A stretch of 64,000 nucleotides of DNA from Heptranchias perlo (lineage: Eukaryota). Made by a program: the position numbers and the translations under genes. Positions 37,683 through 50,090 of the stretch are shown here, in pieces; position 1 is the stretch's first letter, and each line of letters opens with the position of its first letter. The notes under the pieces were generated by a model. It saw nothing but the letters and a program-made list of their open reading frames with translations. It ran no database searches and was not told where the DNA came from. The stretch lies in NCBI RefSeq assembly GCF_035084215.1, contig NC_090358.1, forward strand, positions 7,812,001 to 7,876,000, in the 5' to 3' direction.

Positions 37683-38065
37683 GTCGGCTTGGCTCAGTGG
37701 TAACACTCCTGCCTGAGTCAGAAGATTAATGGATCAACCTGCACTCTAGGAACGGAGAATGTAATCTGGGCTGAATCATCAGTGCAGTACTAAGGGAGAT
37801 CCATCTTTTAGATGAGACGTTAAACCAAGCCCCTGTCTTCCTGTACAGGCGGACGTAAAAGATCCCGTGGCACTATTTGAAGCAGTGCAGGGCGTTCTGG
37901 TCAACATTTATTCCTCGACCAACACCTCCAAAATGAATTAACTAGCCATTGCCATTATGGGAACTTGTTGCTACATTTTCCCCACTTAATAGTGACTACA
38001 CTTTATTTGCAGTGAAGTGGTTTGGGACATCCTGAGTATGTGAAAGGACCTTTATGAATGTCTTT
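37683..38065 (+). mobile_element. Deu-SINE, diverged full length
   Basis: A-box TGGCTCAGTGG; GATGAGACGTTAAACC..GGACGTAAAAGATCCCGTGGCACTATTTGAAG. Confidence 0.8.
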
Positions 38066-39187
38066 TTTTTCTTCCTTCGATTGGCAATTTGACATTTCTA
38101 GTATAGAACAGATTGTCTATAGATGTTACAAACTGTTAAAACTATGCTGAGATTTCTTCTGTGAGAGAAGCGCACACATAAAATTACACATTCCCTGTAG
38201 GACATCCAAGAACCAAAATAAACAATGCAAGAATTCTCACGGTAAAGATATAAATTATTTATTGGTAAGCAAGATGGAGTGATTACAACAGAAATCAGAT
38301 AACCAAATCACAGATTTGCTAATATCCCAGTTTCTTTTCTAAATCTTATACATTTTTAAAATAAGACACAATGTTAAAAATCTACCCAAAATATCCAGAA
38401 TTATTCCAGAAACTACACAAAACAAGAGACAAATATAGCTTTAAAAACAAGAACTTACTGACATAACAATGCTCCAGTGTAACAAATCAAAATGGAATTT
38501 AAATTAGTGGCATTTGAAGTGCAGCTCAACAACCAGTGTTCTACAATAATTGTTTTCTAGTAAATTTCATTGCAACGATTTTATTCTGTGGGTGTATTGT
38601 GCAAATTGATAAAGGACTGAATGTCATGTGTGAAAAGTTAAAACATAATTTCATAGTGCTAAAATACTTAAACTCCTTCCTCCCAATCTCCTGTACATTA
38701 GATGTGATGCGAAGCCTTGAGATACAATTTATATTTCATAAGTCAATGGAATGATTAACTTGAGTAGAATTGCATGTTTGGTCAGCACGAATGAGAGATA
38801 GGTCACATTTGTGGTTATTTGCTTATGTATTCTGTTTATAGCACACAAAATGTAAATGAGAAAAGTTAAGATTAAATTTTAAATCGGAAACGAAAATTGA
38901 TGGTGTTTTCGGTTGATGTATATTCGCAGAGGCATTCTCACGCAAATAAGAGATCATAATTCATTGTGTGTGCGCCAGGTTTGCGTACTCAAACCATTTG
39001 TCTAAAGTCAGTCGCTGATGCTGTATCTTCCATTTCTGTATAGTTTTGTACATCAGAAATGCAGCACATTCATATCAAGCCTTCATTTGCAAAAGGGATG
39101 GCTCACATCTGGAGTGAATAATCTCTAAAATAACTTTTCTTTCAAGATAAGCTTGTACACCAAATTCAAATAAACTTCATGTATTTA

Positions 39188-39520
39188 CATAGAATTAACA
39201 GCACAGAAACAGGCCATTCGGCCCAAAAGGTCTATGCCAGTGTTTATGCTCCACATGAGCCTCTTCGCACCATATTTCATCGCACCCTATCAACATATCC
39301 TTCTATTTCTTTCTCCCTCATGTACTTATTCCCCTTAATTGTATTAATGCTAATTGTATTAATGCTAATGTTCCCCTTAATTGTATTAATGCTAATGGCC
39401 TCAACCACTCCACATGGTAGCAAGTTCCATATTCTCACCACTGAGTAAAGAAGTTTCTCCTGAATTCCTTATTGGATTTATTAGTGACTACCTTATATCT
39501 TTGGCCCCTAGTTTTGGAAT
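39188..39520 (-). mobile_element. CR1 3' UTR fragment
   Basis: CATAGAA..ACAGCACAGAAACAGGCCATTCGGCCC start; homologous to 9160-9385. Confidence 0.75.
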
Positions 39521-40255
39521 CTCCCATTTACTTTCTGTATTCAAACTTTTGAATGTTGTATTCTTCCCCCAAATTAGCTCCATGAACACATTCTACATAC
39601 TTTATCTTCTGATATTTTAATATTCTTACAAATATAGCAAGAAGCACATTGAATTGTTCTTTAGAGCAAAACAGATCTTCTAATGAAAAACTTAACTGCA
39701 CTTCTCCACTATGGCATGGTCCAAGACCAAAAGGTTAAACAGCTCGAAGGAGGCCATTACCTTCCATTATTGCTGATAAATCCAGAGGCCGATAGATTGG
39801 GAGGGAGGAGACGAGATGCTGCTTCGTTCTTTAGTGTGCAACACCGTCTACTTGTGCAGTATTTCATAAAAAGCAGCAACAAAATAGCATAAATCCGAAG
39901 AGCCAAAGTCAAAGGAGCAGTTTACTGAAACTGTGACATTTTGGTTTAATAGGAAAAATATCAAGTTGTGTTTGAGGTTCCCACTATAAAAAGTAATAAA
40001 TTCAAAGAGTTCTAAAGCATTTGGCCTGTTCCACCAAAAAAATTACATGCAAGAAAAATTGGAACATCTGTTCTGAATTTTTCTGATAGTAAAATACACA
40101 TTCTTTCATGTGTACTTTTGTCTCAATCTCTAACAGCCTTAAGCATTTTGCCCCTATTCTCTTGGTCCCGTTGTCAGCTGCTTTGTTACACCGTTACTAT
40201 GGCTGCCTCAAGTTAATTTTACATATGGCAATTGGATGATTAGGCTGTGGGGCCA

Positions 40256-40358
40256 GTGTATGTGTGTGTGTGAGAGAGTGAGAGAGTGAGAGAGTGAAAG
40301 AGTGAGAGAGTGAGAGAGTGAGAGAGTGAGAGAGGAGTGTGAGTGAGTGAGAAAGAGT
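40256..40358. repeat. Compound (GT)n/(GAGAGTGA)n microsatellite
   Basis: Read directly. Confidence 0.9.
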
Positions 40359-40410
40359 GCAATGAATCTGATTTTAACAGTGCTGTTGAGCACAGCTTAT
40401 CCCTAACATG

Positions 40411-40620
40411 ATGTGGAGATGCGGTGATGGACTGGGGTTGACAATTGTAAACAATTTTACAACACCAAGTTATAGTCCAGCAATTTTATTTTAAATTCAC
40501 AAGCTTTCGGAGACTTCCTCCTTCCTCATTTACCTGAGGAAGGAGGAAGTCTCCGAAAGCTTGTGAATTTAAAATAAAATTGCTGGACTATAACTTGGTG
40601 TTGTAAAATTGTTTACAATT
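40411..40620 (-). mobile_element. Palindromic Penelope-like mini-insertion: perfect 86-bp inverted arms, 6-nt loop, tail, 14-bp TSD
   Basis: Arms 40443-40528 and 40535-40620 are exact reverse complements; tail 40411-40442; TTATCCCTAACATG at 40397-40410 and 40619-40632. Confidence 0.92.
40528..40568 (+). ncRNA. Minimal type I hammerhead ribozyme
   Basis: AUUUAC-CUGAGGA-A-GGAGG AAG UCUCC-GAAA-GC-UU-GUGAAU; predicted cleavage 3' of 40562. Confidence 0.78.
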
Positions 40621-41269
40621 ATCCCTAACATGGGATGCCCTCTAGTGGCAAATCTGTGTGCATGGAATGTACAGGACACATTCAAAAAGGCAGGAGTGTC
40701 CTCAGAGAGAACACACACTTATGGAAAGGGACAGATTAGTTGGACCTAATGGCCTCTTGTTGTCAAGAGTTTTCTTGTACAAAAATTTAGATTGGGCCTG
40801 ATTATTAACATGACAGCTATTCAAAGCAAATACCTGTTAATAATTATCAGTGTAACTTTCACAGTCAGCTCATCTCAATTCATCTGTCCAGAGAGAACCT
40901 AGTTTCTCCCATTATAGCATGCAACTGTTTAAATTATTCCGGGGTTTTGTCTCGACTGACCTATCCACAAGTCCATTCCATGTGTTGATCACTGTGAAGA
41001 ACTCCCTGCTATCAGTCGCAGTTTGCTTTTTGTCAGTTTCAACAAAAACATTTTCAACTGGTGCCCTCTTGGCTGGATTTAATATTTCTATACAGTTAAC
41101 TATCTTACATCTCAATGTAAGATCCTGGCTAAGTTACTTCTAATCAAAGCTAAACAGTTCAAGTTTTTAAATCTGCCCTCATTACCTATAGTGGTTTCCA
41201 AAATGCAGAACTGTAGTTATTTAAATACTAGGTACGTAGTAGCTAATTACCTAATACTAGATAGTACTA

Positions 41270-41620
41270 GGTATGAGGGATTAGAGTTATGAAGAGACTT
41301 TCAAAGCTAGGGCTTTTCCCATTAGAGCCGGGAAGATTAAAAGGTATCCTAATGGAGGTCTTCAAGATTATGAAAGTTATGATAGGGTAAACAAAGAGTT
41401 ATTTCCACTGGTTGGCATTATGATAATAAGAGGGCATAAATTGAAGATAATCACAAAAAGAATTCAACAGGAGGTTAGAAAAAATGTCTTTACATAAAAG
41501 ATGGGTAGAATGTGGAGCATTCCTCTGGGAACAGTTTTTGGAACATTGATCACAAATTATTTTAAACAAGGAATTTTATAGTTGTTTAAAATAGAATATT
41601 AAAGGGTACGCATATGGGGA
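41270..41620 (+). mobile_element. Old CR1 3' fragment
   Basis: Degenerate match to the GLSYEE..LGLFSL..RRLRGDL.EVFKI..RGH..K region. Confidence 0.65.
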
Positions 41621-41779
41621 TTAGCATGCTGATGGTTTCCTAAATTATACACCTGGCTGATCAAAAAAAAGGTACTGAACCAACGACCCTCCTTTCTACA
41701 TAACCTGGTAGTACACCACAATGTGCCATTGGTTTCAACCACGAAGGTTGTGAATCAAAACCAGCCTATAAATCGGGAG

Positions 41780-42010
41780 GCTTTGACCTTGAATCCCACT
41801 GCAGAACTTGAATATATAACCTGGGCTGACACTCCAGTACAGTACTGAGGGAATATTGCATTGCTGGAGGTGCTATTCTTCAGGTGAGATATTAAACTAA
41901 GTCTGCCAGTTCTGGTAGTTTAAAATGGACATTAAAGATCCCAAAGTATTACTTAGAAAGCAGGGTGTTCTTCTGGTAGCTTGATCAACATTCCTCCCTT
42001 AATCAACACC
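41780..42010 (+). mobile_element. Deu-SINE, diverged 5' part
   Basis: GGCTGACACTCCAGTACAGTACTGAGGG..GGTGAGATATTAAAC..AAAGATCCC. Confidence 0.7.
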
Positions 42011-45000
42011 ACATAGTTGAGAAATTACACTGTGTAAAAAAATTAACACCCTGTTTTTACAGTTTATATAAAGTTGTATATTAAAAGTTATTGAATCAAT
42101 TTCAAATTATATTAACATTCAAACAGAATGAAAAACTATTCTAAAGTTTAATATCAAGACCTCCCTCTTTAGAGTGGGTCAACTGAATTTCACCAAGACA
42201 GGAACTTTCCAAGAAAAAATATTGAGTCATTCTCAAATAGACCACCCAACTTCAGAATGAGGAATGCAAACTTGTAATGATCGGCTTTGACATACTGTGC
42301 AGACACGTTTCATCAAAATCCAAACGAAAATAAATTTTGGTGTCTTTTTAACTAAGCTTTATCTGTACGTTTAAAAAAAATTCAATCAGTCCCACTGCTG
42401 AACAAAAAATTACTAATTGCCATAAGGCAGAACAGATGAAAATATGTAGAGAACTTTTTGATCAAATTCTTTCTTTTGCAGAAAATGACTGTTGAAAGAT
42501 TTTGCTCTGATCACAGCATGTGAGAAAAAAAATTAAAATAACTGCAGGATGTTAATTATCTAGCTTGCTTCTGGATCTTTGGTCTGCAATTAAATGCTGT
42601 CCCTTCATTATGAACAGCAAATCTACTCTAATCCCATTTCCCAGCTCTTTTCCCCAGACACTAATATCTTTCTTGCAGTAACTATCTACTTTCCTCTTTA
42701 AATGTGATGGTTGACAACTTCAATAGCCACTTGTGGTAAAGTGCTTTATACTCTAATAAACCCTTGGCATGAAAAGTTTCTAACTTCCTCCCTTATGCTT
42801 CTCGTACTAAATGTGCATTTATGCCCCATTGGTACCAATTCATTAACCAGTAGAAATAATCTCACTATTTACAAGTGGTTGCACGTATTGTGCATGTGTG
42901 TCAACAACCAAAACTGTGTGTTTGTTGAAATATTTTAATATTCCAAAAGTTAGTGAATGCCAGTTTTTGCAATAGGTTTGATATTAGCAGTATTAAAACA
43001 AAACAACTTCATAATCTGTGCCACTGAAATACAGTAATTTGCCAACCCCCCTGAACTATTTGCCAATTCAGAAGACCATGTCACCAGTATAAAAGGGGGT
43101 CCCCCAGGGCTTGGTTTGGTGATCTCCCAAACTCGACTACCACTTGTATGATAATGTGCAAGCAAACTATTTTTGATTAGTATAAAATCAGCACTCCAAC
43201 TAGATGTGAATGTTCTGAAAATTAGTATGCACTCATTTAAAAGACAATTTCACTTGTTACTTGGTGATGATTGGGGGCTGGTTTGAAGTGCTTTTTGTTG
43301 TGCAATCAGCTACAAATGCAATTTTTAGAAACAAAGTCATTAGATCCAACAAACCTGTTCCATTTTGAGATCAACTGCACAAACTCACCCCCGAGATGTG
43401 ACAATTTGTCCTTTGAATTCAGTTATCCTGTCTGCTTCAAAGTCCCCTCCCTGTTAACATTGCCCTACAACTCTGCTTTCCTTTGGGTGAAAAAGTTTCT
43501 TTACTTCCCTTCTTACTCCTAACTTACTAAAAATATAATTTAAACTTGTGTCCCTTAATAACTATATCCTTCACCCTGTTGTACCTTAAATAGAAATGAA
43601 TCACTTCCGAAGAACCTCGTGTGTTATAAAGAGTCCGAGAGGGAATTGCCTCATTAAGTCAGTTGAAGGGCTCATTTCACTTTGGCTCTAGGCACATTGG
43701 AAAAAGTAAACAATGAATATTGCATTCTGCTCTCCAAACAACTTCAACTTACTGTTCCGACATTGTCTGAACAAACATCACAAATTTCCAAAAACAAAAA
43801 AAATGCACTGTGTCAAATCTAGATATTAAAATATTTCTTATTTGTATAAAGATGTAAACATAAAGCCAGTAGTGTAACACATAGGATAAAGTTATTTGAT
43901 AAAATAAACATATTGACATGATTTTTAACTCGCTTTGATAGTTCCAAATACACACATTCCTGTTCATTTCCAAGTTCTCTTTAAACAGTGGTTGTACAAT
44001 AGATATAAAAGACTTTTGTTGACTAAAATGTCAATATTCACTAATAAGTGATGCTGATTGTCAATATATGGTATAAAATACCACTTAAAAAGGGAATGTT
44101 TAAACCTGCTATGTGTAACTAATAATTGGTAAGGTGATGTACTTGGATCAGATCTTCATTTCTGTGGATCTGTACTTGGGTTTAAATAAAATAGCACAGG
44201 ATTGTTTGGTAAGGTATGAGTAACAGCACCCACTTTAAAGATTCCAGGGTTGTTAGCCATTTTGAGTGCACCCTGTTTCATGGACTAAATCAAAACCGCT
44301 GTTTTGCAACAGTGCTACTCCAGTTAAAATATTTCTACTTCCCTCAAATTTTCTCCCCCTTCTTCTAAAAAGGTGTTTACTCATGTTGAGGTTTTGTTGC
44401 AAGGATACCAGTTTCCCACAGGTATCTCATCCAAATGGCTATTCTTCACGTCCAAGCCGAGACTACATTACAACAGCGGCTACACTTCAAAAAGTACTTA
44501 ATTGTCTGTAAAGTGCTTTGGGACATCCTAAAGTTGTGAAAGGCGCTATAGGTCTATCCTAGACCAAGAGCATTAGCAAACTGCTCAACTGTGGAGGACA
44601 TCACAGTGGAGTCTAATCCTGTCCTCACCCTTTGGGACCACATCCAAGTGGCCATTCTTGACATAACTGGATTGGTAGGCTATTCAATTGTTAGGGGATC
44701 AAAGCAAGGTACAATCCAGTCTTGCGCAACATCCATACACCAACAGTTGATAGTAATCAGGCAAGGGAAGCCTAGTGAACATCCACCCCCCAAACCTAGG
44801 AACACCAAGGTCAATTGTGCCACCCCTACCCAGCTGAAATCCACTAACTCAACATTGACTGTGGATTCAGAGAGCATGCTTCCAGGTAGAATTACATATG
44901 GGCCAATGCCTTTGAGGGGAGTGGGGGAAGGAAAGAAAAGAAATCCAGGATCAAAAAAAAATCTTTGACCATATGGTAGGACAATGAGCACAGCTTGTAC

Positions 45001-47605
45001 TCAACTGCCTAGCAGCTCTAGATTTCCAAACAAATCTATTCAAGCTCACTTAATAAACCTTAAACCTCTATCACAGTATTCCTTTCCAAAACAAAACAAT
45101 TCATGTAGCAGCAATATTACAAGATTCTTAAGAGCTTACAAGAACTATACTATCAACCCCAATGTATTTGGGGATTCAGGATAGATTATAAGATTCAGTG
45201 TTGTCACGAGGATTGCAGGTGAAACTGTGAAGGGATGTAAAATTTTTGTTATTCATTTGAACTGTGGGGAAAATACCGTATAACTATTTAATCCTTCCCA
45301 TCTGGGTTGTGCCTATGGCGATGTCAAGTATTTGGTGTCAATCTACATAATTAGACATGGCACTCCTTCACTAGTGCAGATTCAGTAATTCCACATCAAT
45401 GCACAAATGCTGAATTTTACCATGGAGGGGTAAAGAAAGATATCTAGCTACTATAATTTACTAGTTATTGATAGATCAGTTAATTAGCTCAGGACACACC
45501 TCAGCCTGCAATGTTTTGAAAGTGCAGTTTTCTGTAGAAAATGGCAAATCACCAGATTTTGTCAGCTTGCGAGTCCTGCTTTTCTTGGCTATGCTGTTTA
45601 GTATTAGGACATTCTGATTAAAACAGGACAGTTAAGAGGTAGCTGAGGACTTAGTCAATCTCCTCTATGATACAAATTAGTGCAACACAAGTTAAACATT
45701 CACACTGTGCATCCATCTTACTTTTACTTCCTTGAGGGAAAAAAAACAAGTTTGAAAGTGTTCCAGTTTGTCTGAGTCAATTTGATTTTTCAATACGTAC
45801 TTCAACAGTCAGTCAATGTGAAGGAACGTCTCCTTCAGTGATATTGGCCCTCTTACCACAGTTGTACTATAGTACTTCTATTCTACCACTAGATGCTCCC
45901 ATTGAGCCAACAGCTTCCAGCTTCAAAATGGAATACATTAACAATGCAGTGTTCTTAGTAGGAGTTACATAAAGTGTAATGGTGAATGTGAAATATACAC
46001 TCCAATGCACGGCAAGCACTCCCCTTCCATCCACCCACCCCTCGTAAAACTTCAGGAAAACACAGGTGATGGGCATGAGAGATTTCTACTGTGCCCACAA
46101 CTATATTGTATCCTTCCAACCATGGATTGTGTCTGCAGAGCACATTTTGAGTGGTGTAACATTTGGTTGCAGGTCTGCCAATAGTAATGCCAGTGTTGGG
46201 AGTAGTTTATGATGAAGAACTAAGACCGTCACATAATAAAAAAAGAGGTTTCGGCACAACAGTATCAGCTTAAGTGTGATTTTTCCTGTAGTGTAATAGT
46301 ACCAATACACTATATAAACCTAGTACCAACACTGCAGTACAATGTAGTGCGTTAATTCCTTTGAAAAATAGCTTTAGATAGTCGAGCCCAGAACCAGAAA
46401 GTTCTCAACTGGGGAACAGTATAATTTTTAAACTTGGGAGTCTGACAAAGTACTCTCTAAAATTGAAGTGCTTGTGATTGGAGCAAGTCTGCCCAAACAC
46501 TAGAAAACTGAAAGACCCACTATGCATTTTCAGTAGTTATTCTTAAACCATAACCAGATATACTCTTGTACACAGAATCTGGTTGTAGTTTGAATAGTAT
46601 CAGCTGGTGCAGACGATTTGGACAAAGGAAATTCAGATTTTTTTTTTAAAAAATGGCTCAGTGACAGATAAAATCTTGGGAGCAGAGGATCAAACTTGCC
46701 AGTAACCCAACAATTGGCACTTGAGTGCACTGCACCACCTAGATCCATATTTTAGTATCCAATTTCAACTCAGCCATATATGCTGCTCCATACTTCAATT
46801 TTCATCATGCATTTGTCTGATGTAAGCAGAAGCAAGTTAATGTATTTGTCCAATAAGTGTTGAGTTATAAATATCGTGCTACTAACTCCTCACAACCTAC
46901 AGGATTAGTTCCTGCCTTGCATCGGCAATGCAGTCAATTGCCCTACAAAATGCATTACTAATTCTTTATTATCTGCTAATCAATTGATTTGCTCCACCAC
47001 CCCAAAAGTATTTATGCTCAGGTTGCAAATATTGCTGGGAATGCTCACAGTACTATATTGAAGGGACAATGTGAACTTGCAGACTTGGTGATGTTTAAGA
47101 TGCCCTGTCAAATTATAGACCATAAGAAATCGGATATTTTAGAAAGCAACCACATGCTTTCTGTCACAATCTAATGGCGTGTATATTATTTTAAAAGCAA
47201 ATATTTAACACTAAACCTCACCCAGGCAACCCATTTAAGTGTTAACTACATTCAACTTCATCTCAGTCTTGTAGTGCAGATATGCTGCTTTGGACAGAAG
47301 ACAAACAGAACTAAGTGTCATACATACAAATAAAATCCTATTCATTTCAAAACACACTACAGAATAAAACCTCGAGTTTAAAAAAAGCTCTCTACAAAGT
47401 CCACAGGAAACAGACAGGAATGTTGCTCTGGACGAAGATAATTTAAATTTTGCTATACACTTGTGTGTACTATATGCAAGAAGCTGAATGAAAAGCTAAT
47501 ACACAGATGACAAGTCAAACACAGTTTTCTTCCAGAAGATTATTGTGGCTGGCGGTTGGCATAGTGTGATTGGCCATCCGTGTAATAGTCATTTCACACA
47601 AATCT

Positions 47606-47609
47606 TCAC
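47606..47609 (-). CDS. FAM174B: FAM174B terminal exon, coding part (G+TGA completing Arg-stop)
   Basis: Strong acceptor CTTTCTTTTTTCTGTCCCTAG|G TGA; completes the phase-2 AG from exon 2 to give R-stop, as in the recalled human ...KYR*. Confidence 0.8.
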
Positions 47610-48779
47610 CTAGGGACAGAAAAAAGAAAGATCAATCACAGAGTATCCAGCCTATAATAATCCAACTGCTTCTTGGAAATTTTAAACCAATTTATTTTCT
47701 CTTTCAGGAACATTGAACTGTCTGGTTCCTTCTTTCAATGAAGCTTCAAACCGATGATTTCATATGCTGGGAAAGTGTTACCAGGGACCACCTGGATTGT
47801 GAATATCTGACCATATCGCATTGTTTAAATTATCCCTTGCTTCAGCTTGTAATTAAAGCTTGCAACAACAGATTCCTGTACCAGGCCTAAATGGGAGTTG
47901 GATTTAAATCAAAACTAGAAAAGAATAACTAATTTTTGTCACAAGAATTAAGTCTGCTGGAGATACAGTTATTACCCTGCAGCACTCCAGCAATCATGGC
48001 ATTTTAACGACATATGTTAATTCAGCTCCTGTTGCACTGTTGGGCTCAGCAATTACCTTAAAGCCAATTCTCTCAGTGAACAGAGTCAGCAGTTACTGCT
48101 TTAAGAACAAACTTGCATTTATACAGTGTTTTACGTCTTCGCATCATTGGGAGAGCAAAACAGACTCGATACAAAATATAATGTTACACTTCCACCCACA
48201 GACAAGTGGACATGAATGAAGAAACAAATTGTGTCCCCCACTTCCCACTGTTTTGTACAGCGATTGTTGAGTCTATTGAACCAGCAGAGAGATCGATATC
48301 ACAATGGGTGCAAGTAAAATAGTGATTCTGGACATTCCAATTATTGATACCACAGTATAAAACTAGATGCTGTGAGGTGTGGAAGCCTGCCAAAAGTTTA
48401 AGAGTCCAAATTTTCCAGGTGTTCTAAGTTCATGCTAATTGCAAATACTGTTTCATGCATCATGTGAATAGTGTTCATAAATAGAATTGTTCAAGCAATT
48501 GAAAGATGCATTGTTTGCATACTTTAGATCATCAGTAACTGTGATAAGCGAGCTCTCTTTCATCCAATAATTTATCACGGGTAATAAAAACCATGCTCTG
48601 AAACATAAAACTTTTCCTTTTAAACCAATTTTCTTCTCCGAAACAAAGTTTCTTCAGTAATGTGCTGGTTCCCCTTCTGCCCTATTTGCCAATTTATACA
48701 GCAGGGCACATTCAGTGATAACAGGAAATAGTGTGCATGTGAAATTTGCATCTGCATAATTGCTGTGAAATCACAAACA

Positions 48780-49990
48780 TGACTGCCAGTCTGGCTGCAA
48801 CCTTCCCTACATCAGGGTAGGTAGGATATATAGGTCCATCTAGTTTCCATAACTTTACAAACAATGGACACACTGGTCTGTAGTTTCCGGAGTTATTTTT
48901 GCTACTTTAAAAAAAATAGGAGCAACATCTGCCATTCTCCTGTCCCCAGTCGTGGTTTCTGGAAAATTTGTGCCAGAGTCCCAATTTCCTCAGAATCTTC
49001 GGAAGTATCTTATCCGGCCCCTGAAATTTATTCACAGCTGTTTGGCAACCATGCCAGTAGTAATGTGAATAGTGTCACAACCTACCTCTAGTGCCCTTTC
49101 CAGATCAAATAAGTTACCAGTCACCCTTTTGGTATAAACGGAGACAAAAAAAACAAACTTATTTAGCACTTTTGCAATCTGCATAACATCAGTTGTCATG
49201 CCCTCTCCTGATTCCACTTTGTGGTCCCACTTCATCCCTCGTTTTTCATTTTCTCTACATTAGAACTAAAAAATATCCTTCATTGCACTTGCCATATCCA
49301 ATTCAAAATTTTTCTTTGCCATTCTGATGCTCATTTTACATTTCAGACATGCCTTTTGATATAGAATCAGTTTTAATTGTGTGCCATTTTCCTTCATGGC
49401 CTCCTTTATGAGTTGCTTAATAGTCCCATTCAACCAGGCAGGAGTGTCTTTAAGCTCAGTACCTTGGCTTTGCATGGGTACACATTGACCCATTGCATTC
49501 AGAATCACTACCTTGAAGGAACTCCATTCTCCTAGCCATATTCAAATATTCAGGGCCCTATCTTTCAAGACTTCTCAAACACTTAAAGTTGATCCTCTTT
49601 AAATCTGGCAATTTTTGGGGGGTTTTAATGACTGCTCCAATTCTAATGTTAAATGTGATCACATTACAATCAGTGCTACTTAAAGCCTCACCCACCTTTG
49701 TGTTGGTGATTTGATGGTCGCTAATAAATCACACCCAGGATGTTTTTTTTCCCTTGTTGGCTCCTTCACAGTCATAAAACAGTCTTTCATTAACTCTAGA
49801 AACCCCTTCCCTGTCTTACCAGTAGAGGCATTATTGCCCCAGTTAATTTCTGGCAAGTTGAAATCTCCTACTAGTCTCCTTCCTTATCTCACCCCACAGT
49901 TCCAAATCAAGGCTTTCAACCTAGCCTAATGCTCTATAGAATAGCATAACACAGTAATAGTTTACCTCTGTTACTTCTACCCAAAGGGAT
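48780..49990 (-). mobile_element. Old CR1 ORF2 fragment (endonuclease/linker region)
   Basis: Degenerate TPAWLNGTIKQLIK..IRMAKKNFE..AKVLNKFV.FVSVYT; GDFNLP.INW and STDCNVITF motifs on -. Confidence 0.65.
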
Positions 49991-50090
49991 CCTGTGTCTG
50001 CACTATCCTTTTTTTAATATCCTCTCACTTGTGCCTCAACACAAGTTGATATATAGTATGTAGAATATGTAATAAAGGGAAAGTTAAATT

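Noticed and set aside
40443-40620. Palindrome as a miRNA precursor or DNA-transposon MITE
   Set aside because: Arms are homologous to the terminus of the GIY-YIG PLE at 28491, and there is an asymmetric tail and a long TSD; this fits a retro-derived insertion.
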